Source: Octopus sinensis (lineage: Eukaryota). Taken from it: 64,000 nucleotides of DNA. The position numbers were made by a program, and so were the translations under genes. The stretch spans positions 124,001-188,000 of the forward strand of contig NW_021831985.1 in assembly GCF_006345805.1 (NCBI RefSeq). The letters run 5' to 3'. The notes below the pieces were generated by a model that did not search any database, was not told where the DNA came from, and saw nothing but the letters and a program-made list of their open reading frames with translations. Of this stretch, positions 51,451 to 64,000 are shown piece by piece. The first letter of the stretch is position 1. Every line of letters begins with the position of its first letter.

Positions 51451-53429
51451 GTGTGTGTGTGTGTGTGTGGTGTGTGTGTGTGAAGTAGAAAATGAATGAA
51501 AAGAGAATAAGGAAAGTGTCTAAAAATGCAGAAAGTTTTAAAAAGCTTTATATTTCAGGTGCAAAGGCTTATCTTCAGAAGAATAGTCAAATATGTGTAT
51601 TTACATAGATTTTGTCTTGGACTACTCAGTTTCAGAGTTAGCAGCAGTAGCAACAAACTCTCCAACTGTCGGCGTAAGCAACTCCTCAAATGTTGGTGTA
51701 GGAGTGAACTAAAACATACGTGTGCACATTTGTGCATTCCTTTGTCTTCACAATGTCTGTGTGGACAACAAAGTCACCATTCGTACCAACAATGTCGTTG
51801 CTTACAATAAACTATAGGGGAGAAAAAAAACCTGTTCAGCCACTGAGCTATTTTGTTCAAATGCCAGGGTTGGAAACAGGAAGAACATCCAGCCATCGAA
51901 AATTTACCTCAAAAAAGTTTGTCTCACCAAACATTAAATCAATGCTGATGAGAAGGTTAATGTATTATCACTTTCATATAGAAAAAAATAACAGTGTTAA
52001 AATGATCCTTTGTTACAAATCAGTTAACATTTGGTTCACCAATGTATGAATAAATACAGTAAACTAACCCTGGTTCTTTTGCTTGTTGTGATGACTGCAA
52101 CCATAATAACAATAGCATAGGGGCTAGTATATAGTTAATGATAATGATTATTACTTGAACCAAACATTGCTCTTTTATAAGCAGTGCATGAAGCAGATTG
52201 TTGGTCACCAGTAAGCTTTGCCTCTCTCAACATACTACATAAAATCATAAGTCTGCAGTCAGGTGGACACCAGATCACAGTAAGCAACAGGTGAACCAAT
52301 ACTAAGCCAGATAGAAATAGCAGCTAAATTTATCTCAGATCACACTATTCACCGGAAATATAACAATCTGCTAAAACAGCAGCCAAATGTTCCTCAAATC
52401 ACCTCAGAGAAAGGATGGGGAAGAATGGATTACTGTGGGTCTAAATACTCAGAAATAGAGGAGATGGTCATGATTAGAATATATTTTTATGATATAGGTT
52501 TGCTCAACAATGACAGACCTGGAGCTAAACAACAATGCCAAAAGAGAGGGTGTTTTATTTAGCCACTCTACCAAGGTCAAGTAATTTGAATTGCTTGGAA
52601 CCTAACACCACAGAGGACTAAGTACAGACTAACAAATTCTTTGTAAGAATTCTATGAATTTCACTGCAGGAAATTACCATTCACATGCTGTTTAATGATT
52701 CATTCCTGTTTATTCCAACAAGATTCTTCAGCACATTTCAAGAAATAAAGTTCCAGTAACTACTGTAACATTTCCAACCTAAAAGTTCTTGAATGAATTT
52801 TGGCACTTGGCATTCAAGACCACTTCACATGCTGTAGGTAATAGCAGTATATACAACTGATGCTCAAACCAGGTGAGCTATAGAGCTAGAAAGATAATTA
52901 CAATTGCATCTATCAACCACACTCCCATCATCATCATTCAAGGTTCGTTTTCCATGTTGGCATGGGTTGGATGGTTTGGCAGGAGCTGGCAAGACAGAGC
53001 TGCACCTCACTCTAATTGTCAGTTTTGGTATGGTTTCTATGGCTGGAGGCTCTTCCTAATACCAACTTCTTTACAGAACATACTGGATGCCTTTCATGTG
53101 GCACCAGCACAGACACTCTACACAATGCAGGCACAGGTGCTCTTTACATGGTGCAGGCACAGGTGCTCTTTACATGGTGCAGGCACAGGTACTCTTTACA
53201 TGGCCCAGGCACAGGTGCACTTTTATGTGGTGCCAAGCTTAAGGGAGCATCAGTGGGTAACCTTGCGCCACATGAGACTCAACGTCAGATGGGTCACACT
53301 ACCTAAAAGATTCACAGTAATATTTTGTTTTTGTGACATTCCAAAACTTCTGCAAGTTTAGTAGATTTAGTAGACAGAAACTGAAAAAAGACTGTTATAA
53401 GAGAGAAAGAAAGAAAGAAAGAGAGAGAG

Positions 53430-53466
<37 letters not shown>

Positions 53467-55229
53467 GTGTACTCTTGCCTCAAAATTATGTGAAGTTTGT
53501 AAACAAGCATCATTATCATACAAATGATGTTTATTTCCATTGGAAATATGACTGGAAACATGTGAACATTGGTAATAGTAAAAGCATCTGGTTGAAGAAA
53601 ATTTGCTTCAATAAATTTTGTATGACCCATGCAAACATGGGAAAAGACATTGAAAACAATGATGATGGTGATGATATTTGTGTTTGTGTGTGGATATTTA
53701 TATTGTCTTTGCATGGAAAACTGCCAACATAACACCTATAACTAACTTTTCACCTTTAAAGGCAAGTGTAATATTAAAAAAAAGCCCCTACTTGAAAAAT
53801 AGGTATGGGTTAATAACAAGATGAGTACAATACCTAAATAAGTATTCCTCCAAACCATGCTGGCATGGAAAAATGGACATAAAAGAAACAAACAAATGAT
53901 TTCCTTTAAATGTCAACCATGACTGTTCTATGATGTAAACATTTCGGGTGCTATTTCTGATCTTGGATCAAGTCATTTCCTTAAAAATTACAAGACAACA
54001 GTTTTGAATTTTGTTCAACATGCTACATACAATAGCTATTGTCCATTTCTGATTTTAATAATTTTACGTTCATAAACCTGATAGTTTGTTAAAGCTAAGA
54101 ATAAAAAAGCTAGAGAAAGAAATTATGATGTGACTTTAGCAAACCCTAACCTTAAGCCCTAACACTATTTCTAACCCAGATCAGGTCACTTCTCAGCATG
54201 GATGACAGATACTGCACTAGACCACATGCTGAAGTAGAACCAAAATTTTGATTACACATGGCTGCACTCTTGTCTCCCATAACTCAGAGAGCATGCAAAG
54301 CCTGATACATGCTTTGGGCATAACAGCCACAAAGTTCAGTTCAAAAATCAACATCCAGAAGACTAAAAAACTTTTTTCTTCCTTCTTTTTTATCAACTAA
54401 GAGCCCAGCATCAACAAAGGGTAAAATCAGGCAGAGGCAAGTCAATTTACCCACCTGGACCCCAGCAGTGACCGTAGGACATCCAGCCATAAAAACCATG
54501 TGCCACAACAGACAACTGGAGTCTGGACAGCTGTCCGACTAGCCAGTTCCTGTCAAACTACCAAATCCATGCCAGCATGGAAAACGGATGATGGTGATTA
54601 TTATCATTACTATTATTAAGGCAGTAAGATGGTACAATTGTTAGCACTCTGGATGAAATGTTTAGTGGTATTTCGCCCATCGCTACATTCTGAGTTCCAA
54701 TTCCACTGTGGCCGACTTCACTTTCATCCTTTTGGGGTTCGATAAAATAAGTACCAGTAAAACACTGAGGTCGATGGAATCAACTTATCCCCTCCCCAAA
54801 AATTGCTGCCCTTGTGGCAAAATTTGAAACCATTATTATCATCACCATTATAATTATATAGGCAGTGAACACAGTAGATTGGCAGAAATCATAATAGTGC
54901 CAGACAAGATACACTGCAGTATTTGTTCTGATATTTGAACATAAACTTTGCTGCATTTGAACTCAGAAGATGAAGAAATGTCCATAGATACCACAAAGCA
55001 CTTAGTTCAATGCTCGAATGATTCTGCAAATCCAATAATGATTTCCAATAGTGAGAGAGACAGCAGTACAGCAAAACTTCCAGTGGCCTGAGTATGCCCA
55101 AGAAATGGCAACATAAAAGAATTGAATGGAGACTATAATACTTTACTCACAACTGGTGGTACAAGAAATTAGAGTTGGCCCAGAATGCGATACAGGGATG
55201 AAACACAACTTGAGATTAAATACAGATAG

Positions 55230-55597
55230 AAATCAAAATCGAAATCGATCAACATCAATGGAAATTGTAGCCATGATACCAGAACCAGTGGCACATAAGA
55301 GAACCATCCGAAAGTGGCCGTTGCCAGCACTGCCCCGACTGGCCTCCATGCCGGTGGCACGTAAAAAGCACCATCCGATCGTGGCCATTTGCCATCCTCG
55401 TCTGGCACCTGTGCAGGTGGCACATAAAAAACACCCACTACACTCAGAGTGGTTGGCGTTAGGAAGGGCATCCAGCTGTAGAAACACTGCCAGATCAGAC
55501 TGGGCCTGGCACAGCCTTCTGGCTTCCCAGACCCTAGTTGAACCGTCCAACCCATGCTAGCATGGAAAACGGACGTTAAACGATGATGATGATGATG
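55230..55597 (+). mobile_element. RTE-tail element with (GAT)n tail
   Basis: Same family as 48805-49196, ending GGACGTTAAACGATGATGATG. Confidence 0.7.
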
Positions 55598-57052
55598 AGA
55601 GATGGATCACCGCAGCTCAAGACAAAAACCTGTGGAGGAGAGTGATCTACTTTGATGCTGATGGCGATATTTAGAGTTATCACTGATAACAATGAACAAC
55701 CTATTATTTTAGAAAATTAGATAGAATAATGTGTCATGGCATCTGTTACAGTCTCTGTGCTCGAGTTCAAATTCACTTTGCCTTTTGTTCTTCAGAGGAG
55801 ATTAAAAGAAAAAAAGATACTTATCAAGGATAAGGATTGGTTGAAACACTGTAAGATCTGGCTTGATGTCACACAACATGTGCCCAGTTCTGTGCCTTCT
55901 GGTAGCAACACTGGTGACAACACCATTGGCCCTAAAGTAGCAGCTTTTCCAACGGACAACATCAGTAGTGTGGAAAGAAGAGACTTGCAAGACGGTGTAA
56001 CTTCCGGTCATTCTCAAATGGTTTTGCCTAAGCTACACATATATATATGCAGACACATGGTCCACTTTGACCAAGTGAAGCCCCTAACTGCAGAGAATTT
56101 CAAAATCATAGAAAGCTACCAGTTTCTCTGGCCCTTAGATAGTAACATACATGTGATTTTTGTCAATTTGTTCGTTCAAGCTCACGATTAAAATGCTTCG
56201 TTCAACAGCAGATTCTCATGAAGACAACTTGAGCAAGATTGTAAAATATCCAGAGTTGTCTCCCATACTTCCAAAATTCATCTTACTTCAGCTTTTTTGT
56301 TACATGCTTTATATCTTTAATTACTCAGTGACATTTTTTTCTTTTTATGTGTGTGTGTACAGGCGGTATTTCAAACTCATCTAACTTACGAATAATTCTA
56401 CCTAAATATGCATTTCTGTAGCAATTCTGTTTCTAACATCATGACCAAGTTATTTTGGGAAAAGTTACAACTTTGACAAGTACCTTACTATCATCGTTTC
56501 TATATTGTATATTACACTAGCATGGTCTTGATTTCACTTCACTGTGACACTTTGCCCAAATGACTTCTACTGTAACCTCAAGGTCGACCCCCAAATCATG
56601 GGAATGAAACTGGGTAAAAGGACACTATCAGAAAACCTAGCAAATGAACTAAACCCAACGAATAGTAATTTCTCAATCCTTACTTTCTTTAGTCTAGCAG
56701 GCTCACAGTATTAACCCATTTTGATACCAACCAGCCTTGGTTCTAACAACACAAACTTCCTTGTTTTAAAACGCTCTTAAAACCTATCAAAATTTCATGT
56801 TACCGTAAACAACTAATGAATAATGACAAGATTATTTCGCTAATTTCTTAGTTTTCAAAATTACTTGAAACAAGGGCTGTGTATTCCAACAGAAATATGA
56901 TAAGCAAAGTCTTAAAATGATCACCATTAAAACCTTATATCAAAATTTCATGTTATGTTCTAAACACCAGCTTAATAATGACAAAGATGTTTTACAAAAT
57001 TCTTCATTATTTTCGAAATTAATTGAAACGAGGGCTGGGGAACAAAACGACT

Positions 57053-57662
57053 AACCTAGCCAAGAGTTCAGTGATTCAGAAGTTTAGTCATCAACACTGT
57101 TCTGCGTCGATGACTAAGACAGGGAACATCTGCTCCCCAACCACATGGTTCCGGCAGTCCAAACAGGCACTCAAAGTAGCAACAGGAAACATCATCATTT
57201 GGCTGCAGTAGCAGACATTTCCAATCCTCTTCCATACTCTTTGCAGATTTCATAATCAGCTGTGGTCCCATAGACAATTAGCACTCATCATCATGAAAAA
57301 TGGAAACCGAGCAGAATTTTTGAGCTCACAACATGGAGACAGAACAGATACCAAAGGAAATCTTACAGAAACTCTTAACAATTTTACAAATTCTGAGTCC
57401 TAAACTGGTAATTTATCAACCCCAAATAAAAAGGTAAAGTTGGCTGCAGTGGAATTTGAATTCAGAGAGCAAGGGGCCCAGAATGACTGCCACAGAGCTT
57501 CTCATCAAATGCTCTGTTTCAGCTAAGTCATTTCATTGACGCAGAACCTAGCCAAGAGTTCAGTGATTCACAAGTTTAGTCATCAACACTATTTTGTGTC
57601 AATGACTAAGACAGGGAACATCTGCTCCCTAACCACATAGTTCCGGCAGTTCAAACAGGCAC
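57053..57662. repeat. 118-bp direct repeat pair (57053-57170, 57545-57662)
   Basis: AACCTAGCCAAGAGTTCAGTG...AAACAGGCAC occurs twice with about 8 substitutions. Confidence 0.85.
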
Positions 57663-59876
57663 CATAAAGCTGAAACAGCTTGAGGTTGACTTTGCAAGCA
57701 GCAGCACTGAAGACTTATCTTATGGCACTTGTTAGATTCAACTTTTACTTTTTCCTTGAGGAACAATCTATGAAGGAACTTTTTACATGGTCACTTGGCA
57801 TGACAGAAATTGCAACTAAAATCTCCCACAAATCCCATCCTATCATTATCATCATCATCATCATCATTGTTTAACGTCCGCTTTCCATGCTAGTATGCGT
57901 TGGATGATTTGACTGAGGACTGGCAAACCAGATGGCTGCGCCAGGCTCCAATCTGATCTGGCAGAGTTTCTACAGCTGGATGCCCTTCCTAATGCCAACC
58001 ACTTGGAGAGTGTAGAAAGGAATCATTATATGAAGTCTAAAGAAGGATTCAGTTCCAGATACACCATCTAATGCTTGCAGTTCATCTAAGAAGAATTGAT
58101 CATTTCTTGTTTAGGCACAAGGCCAGCAAATCTGAGGCATAGGGATGTTGGTTACTGCAACTCCAGTGCTCTGCTGGCACTTATTATATCGACCCTGAAA
58201 GAACGAAAGGCAATATCAACCTCAGTGGCATTTGAACTCAGAATGTGAAGAAATGTTAAGTATTTTGTGCAGTGACTAAATGATTCTGCCAGCTGGCCGC
58301 TGCCTTCATCTATGAAAAGATAATGACAAGCATGCATCAACTTGAAGCAATCTCAAGGTCGATAACGAATCAAAGTATTGCTCATGGGGAGTGGCATGGC
58401 ACAGCACAAGTTAGTAAGAGGAGCACGCCGTCGGTTAGGACGACGAGGGTCCCAGCTGATACGATCAACGGAACAGCTTGCTCGTGAAATTAACATGCAA
58501 GTGGCTGAAATTAATGTGCAAGTGGCTGAGTGTACCCTTAATGTAGTTCGCAAGGAGATTCAGCATAACACAGAGTGTGACAAGGTTGGCCCTTTTTGAA
58601 ATACAAGTACTACTCATTTTTGCCAGCTGAGTGGACTGGAGCAATGTGAAATAAGGTATCTTGCTTAAGGACACAACGCTTCGCCGGGAATTGAGCTCAC
58701 ACCCTTACGATCATGAGCCGAATGCCCTAACCACTAAGCCAACAGATGGTATAATAGGTGGAGCAATTAAAAGAATAAGTAATGAGTACTGGGGTCAGAT
58801 TTAAACTACAGACTATGGAGTTATTCAAGCTGGTTATTATTTTAGCATTTAGCAGCTTCACATTGTAAAACACACCTTATAAGTTTCCAAAACAACAATT
58901 ATGAGAGCCATCTTGTGGTCACTCAACTCAGTAGCAACCAAACCAATGACAGAGCGAGCCTCTATGTGGTCATTGGCCCACTAGAAACAGTGGCTAAATC
59001 TACTTCAAACTACATTCTGCTACCTTCAATAAAAAAAAATTTAAAAAAACAAGAACACATTGAATAATGTAGTCACTGAAACACTATGCCTGAAGAAAGA
59101 TGGGATAACCATGAATAGGATGCTTTCATCATAGGTCTTCTCGTTAAGGTTGATCTTTGGAAATAAAATAGTTCAGCAGAAAGCCTCTGAGATGAAGTCA
59201 ATATGGTCGTATCTCACTGAATTGCTATTTTATGAGCTGCATCAAGTTACATGCCATTCCCAAAGCTAAGTGCCAACAACAAGGAAATTGCAACCCTGCT
59301 TTGATTATTTCATCTTTTTATGTGTTACAGTTGACCCCTGCCAACTGCATATCATATCGATTACATTTGGCAACCACCTTGATATTGAACTTGAATTGAT
59401 CAAGGTGACAATCCTTTAATGTTGACAATCGTACACTTGTCTGGGTCACTTGATCCCATTCAAGTGCTACTCCTGAGCACACCAGCACAAACTATTGATA
59501 TTTAATTAACACTGGCCAAGATGAGGTGCTCATTCATATACTAGGGCTGACCACATCAATATAAACTATGAATATTAAAGACTGACCAAGATGAGGTAAC
59601 GGCAACAATCCTGCATTCATTCGAGCCAATTGATCTCATCCATGTACTACAGCTGACCTCACCAGTGTAACCCAAAGGGTTATCAGTCTGATTACTGTCA
59701 AATGTAATGGTTATTTATTTACGTTGTTTGGGATTATCATTACCTCAAAGCATAAGAATTCTGATGATGTAACTACATTTTTAGAATGCCACTGTAGGAT
59801 AGCTATGAGCGGCTAGATCTAGCTGATTTAAACGTAGAACAAGTCGAATATTAGGGCTCGGATACAGTCAGTTTAA

Positions 59877-60097
59877 CCCTTTAGTATTCACATTATTCTG
59901 CCAAAATTAATCCTTTTTTATCCACATTGTTTTGAACTAATCAGGCATTGTCTTGTAGCTATGAGATTTTGATGAGGTAGCTGTTAATTTTTAAAACGAT
60001 ATTGTAGGGTTGGTGTGAGAGACTAGATCTGGCCAGTTTGAACATAAAACAGACAGAATACTTCTGGCCAGATATGGCCCGTTTAAATGCTAAAGGG
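59877..60097. mobile_element. piggyBac-like MITE, second family
   Basis: TTAA|CCCTTTAG(T/C)ATT...AATGCTAAAGGG|TTAA. Decayed relatives lie near 12015-12230 and 23135-23280. Confidence 0.65.
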
Positions 60098-60482
60098 TTA
60101 AGCTATAAAGATTTAACATGAACCAATTTGAGGTGACAATAGCAATCCTGAAGCTGTTTGGACAACTCAACCTCATTTATGTGCTACAACTGACCACACC
60201 ATACATGTGTATGGCCATCACCATGAACAACTCACTCTTAAATAAGTTCTCAACCAGGGTTCACAGAACTCTTCGGGGGTTCATCTAAGACGTTTGTTGT
60301 TAAAATTTATGAGCAATAAATTCATCATAATTCTACAATACAGAAAATATTTTAACGGTTTTATTATAATTCCTAATATTTAATTATAAATATATAATAG
60401 GATTTTATGGTTATGAAGGTCTACCTGAATGAAACAGGAATCAAGGAGCTCCATAAAAAAAAATTGAGAACCTGTCTTAAAC

Positions 60483-60790
60483 CAGGGCTGGCTAATTGAG
60501 GTCCGCAGGCCACATGCAGCCTGCAGACTTATCTTGCGGCCCACTTGATACTTTCTTGAAATGGATTTATTTAAACAAATATTTTTTAAATTTTATCAAA
60601 ACTTTAAGATTGTAATGAAAAGTAAAAAAGAAAGATACTACTGCTTTTGTAACAATAATATTTCATGTCATTCATTATTGTAATAATAGCATGAGAAAGC
60701 AAAATGCTTTCAATTCAGTATACAAGTGGCCCTCAAAAAACTCGCTGTAATTCAAGAGGCCCACAATGTAATTTGAGTTGGCCAGGCCCG
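60483..60790. mobile_element. hAT (Buster/Charlie-type) non-autonomous element
   Basis: CAGGGCTGGCTAA start with a GGCCACATGC subterminal motif and an imperfect TIR (10/13). Exact 8-bp TSD TCTTAAAC (60475-60482, 60791-60798) with central TA. Confidence 0.75.
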
Positions 60791-62410
60791 TCTTAAACAG
60801 TACTTTGATCAATGTGACAACATTAAACCTATGCAGATGGTACCTGCAGAAGATGCCAACAATTTCCATGACCATTTCCACAGAAGGTAATGGATTGGTA
60901 GAACCATTATAGCATTGAACTGAAATCTTTTATTCTTTATCTTTTACTCATTTGTCATTTGACTGCAACCATGAAGGGGCACTGTCTTAAAGGGTTTTAG
61001 TTGTACAAATCAATCCCAGAGCTTATTTTTTCAAGCTTGGTTCTTTTTCCCTTTTGCCAAACCAAACCATAAAGTTACAAGAATGTAAACAAACAAGCAC
61101 CAGTGGTTAAACAAGGGGGGACAGGCATAATATATATATGACGAGCTGCTCTCGGCTTCCATCTACCAAATCCATTTACAAAGCTTTGGTTGGTTTAGGG
61201 CTATAGTAGAAAACATTTGTGCAAGATGCCACACAGTGGGACTGAACCCGGAACCACATGGCTTGGAAGCAAGTTCTTACCACACCTATGATGGCTGCGT
61301 TTGTCTACTTTAAGCCTTTTTCAGGTGAGTTCAAATTCTGCTCAACAATAGATAAAGTACCAGTCAAGTACTTGGCTTGACTTAATATTCCTCCATAACA
61401 CATGGCTTAGTACCTATCAGCAGAAGAAATGTTTCACCATCATCATCATCATAGTCATATAAGGAAAGAAGAGAAATGGTACGTCAAACTGACGCTTTTC
61501 TTTTATCATTTCTAAGTCTAAACACTTGTTTCCACATAACAGGGATTAATTTGTCACAATATTCTACAAGCACAATAAAACAGTTGTCATGACAGTGGTA
61601 GTAGTTGGTTTCCAGCCACAAGTCCATCCGGATTAAGCAGACAAACAATGAAAGGGTGTGCCAGGCAAGGACCATCTCACCTGGTTGTGTATACCAACAC
61701 TTATTTTATATTATAAGTAAGCAATAGGAACTGTTTGTTAATTTACAAGTATCCTCTTAGTCAACCACTGCTTCACTCAATTTCCAACAATGTGAGTCAT
61801 AGGGGACTATCTAACTCAGTGCAGAACATTTAGCAAATGGAGAACTTCAAATTTGGGGGGGGGGCTGTTTACATCTTTCGTTCAGATACACCAGCAAAAA
61901 TACAAACATATATATCATCATTAGCGTTATTTAACATCCTCTTTCTATGTTAGCATGGGTTGAACAGTTTGACAGCAGCTGGCAAGTCAGAAGACCATGC
62001 AAAATTCTGTCTGCCTTGGCGTGGTTTCTATGGCTAGATGCCCTTCCTAATGCCAGCTGCCTCACAGTCTGTACTGAGTGGTTTTTACATGGCACCAACA
62101 GCAGTGAGATCACCAAATAGCTCATAAGACAAAGCCACTCAAGTGAGAAGGGAGTAGTATTGAGGTGGGTGGTTTTGTGCCAGATGAGAGGTTAGAGAAT
62201 GGAGAGACACACAGAAATAGGTGACTTGCAGTAAAGGAGATACATAGCTACCTCAAGAGGTTTATATATATATCATCATTTAATGTCCATTTCCCATGCT
62301 GACATAGGTTCATCATATTTAACATCCATTTTCCATACTAGCATGGGTTGGACGATTTGACAGGAGCTGGCTCAATGGAAGACTGCACCAATCTTGTGTG
62401 TATGTGCATG

Positions 62411-62451
<41 letters not shown>

Positions 62452-64000
62452 ATATAATAAATGCAAAAACTAATTTGTGTGTCAGTGTGTCATATTTTGA
62501 CCTACTCTCTCACTATCCAATGACACTTCTACTATTCCTGGTGCTGGCGTGAGAGTAGTAGTAGGCATAGAGACGGTGAGGGTGGTGGTGAAGACAGAGA
62601 AAGAAAGAAAAAGAGAGGGAGATAAAGAGACAAAGAAATTTAGGGAGAGTTGATGTTTTATTAAAAGTAGTAGTATCGATGGTGGCAGTGGGAGTAATAA
62701 TAAGAGAAAGAGTGGGTATGTGAGAGAAAGAGGGAGATGATGTACAACTTTCTTTAACCATGTCTCTTTGACAGGAATTCCTGTGGCCAACATACTGTAC
62801 ACTATCATTTTTGTTTTATTTTTGCTTTCTTTAATACATATATATATACACATATATAAAATATACTTTAATTGAAATTACGCTTCCCCAAAATTAAACA
62901 TATCTAATATAATAAATGTTATGTCAGTGAGTCACTTTACCAACTTTAATAAACCCTTTCTACTAGAAGCACAAGGCCTCGAATTTTGGGGTAAGGCATT
63001 AAGTCGATTACATCAACCCCAGTATGTAACTGGTACTAATTACTTCGACCCCGAATGGATGAAAGGCAAAGTCAACCTCAGTAGATTTTGAACTCAAAAC
63101 CTAACAGCAGATGAAATACCTTTAAGCTTTTCACACAGCATGCTAATGATTCTGCCAGCTCATCGCTTTAATATAATATATAATAAATGTATGTCAGTGT
63201 GTCACACTTTTTCAATTTTACTCCTAGGGGCCATAGCCCAACATACCAAATAATTTTGGAATCAGGCTGACTCTGTCAGTAAATTAAAAACATTCTGGGA
63301 CCGAATCTAGACCCACAATCCTGAAATTTTGGATTCCTAAGTACTGTAACTGTTTTGGGCAATTTTTTTTACATGACTTTTTGCGACAAATTTTTTTGTA
63401 CGATAATTTTTGTAATCTAAAAACCAACTCTGTGCATAAATTTAAAACATTCCAGGCCAAATCTGGACCTGCAACCTTGAAAATTGTGTGTAATTTAAAG
63501 GCAATTTAGCTGTTGTTTTTACCACATCCCGCGACCACCTTACACCTTTCTTGTTTTTTCAGCGCTCTGACATGTATTGGTGTTTTTCAGTATTTTTCTC
63601 TTCATAAACACATTAACAGTATGATGAGGCACCCAGGTTTAATCCATTGCTGGGATTTGAGCAAAAAAAAAAAAAAAAAAAAAAAAATCGCATTGTTCAT
63701 GTTTTAAACTCTTAAAAAAATCAAAAAAGAGAGGAAGTTTTTGGATTTATCAGAATGGAGGAGAGGATTTCAGAAAAAAAATTGAAAATAATTGTTTTGC
63801 TTATTCGCATAAATCCCAGCGCATAGAAAAGAAAATTTGCAAAACTTTGGGATTCCTATATTTTCATTACTGCTACTGTTTTTGGCGATTTTTTTTTTTT
63901 ACATGAATTTTTGCGATGAATATAATCATCATTGGTATACAACTCTGAAGGAAGCAACTGCAACAAATTCTCCAAAACAAGTCAGAGATCCATTTGCAGA

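Noticed and set aside
51720-51811. 92-nt minus-strand candidate exon (FIVSNDIVGTNGDF...) with good splice sites
   Set aside because: It ends in phase 2, but the 32494 exon needs phase 1; it has no RING similarity and I found no bridging exon. A UTR or cryptic exon is not excluded.
55736-56191. 151-aa plus-strand ORF
   Set aside because: It begins in a SINE remnant and has no recognisable domain or splice structure.
59400-60220. Degenerate repeats of about 100 bp (CCAAGATGAGGT...CTGACC)
   Set aside because: Too diverged to define units or origin by eye; probably an old satellite or TE subrepeat.
62505-62567. MPTTTLTPAPGIVEVSLDSER followed by GTAGGT as a possible first exon
   Set aside because: Low-complexity context, weak start context, and no similarity to TIF1 N-termini that I can recognise.

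Overview
AT-rich, microsatellite- and SINE-dense animal DNA. The SINE/LINE families present suggest an octopus genome (inference). The window lies mostly within the introns of one minus-strand gene, a TIF1-family TRIM protein (TRIM24/TRIM33/bonus-like). Four phase-compatible GT-AG exons are supported: 32494-31076 (end of RING, B-box1, B-box2, coiled coil, Q40 tract), 27948-27877 (72-nt symmetric exon), 21529-21198 (polyQ/polyP) and 17340-17016. The large exon has a 1-nt deletion in its CAA/CAG tract, probably an assembly error. I found no exon for the RING start (probably beyond 64000) and no PHD or bromodomain exon. The rest is retroelement and DNA-transposon debris (RTE, CR1/L2, RLE-type LINEs, Penelope-like RT, mariner, hAT, piggyBac-like and Merlin/Mutator-like MITEs, tRNA-derived SINEs), several fold-back palindromes and two microsatellite-bounded tandem duplications. 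Most notable: a 549-bp near-perfect palindrome carrying a minimal hammerhead ribozyme on each strand, and a 12-bp hairpin covering the 5' splice site of the 72-nt exon. I see no clearly new system. All calls are by eye and unverified by search.
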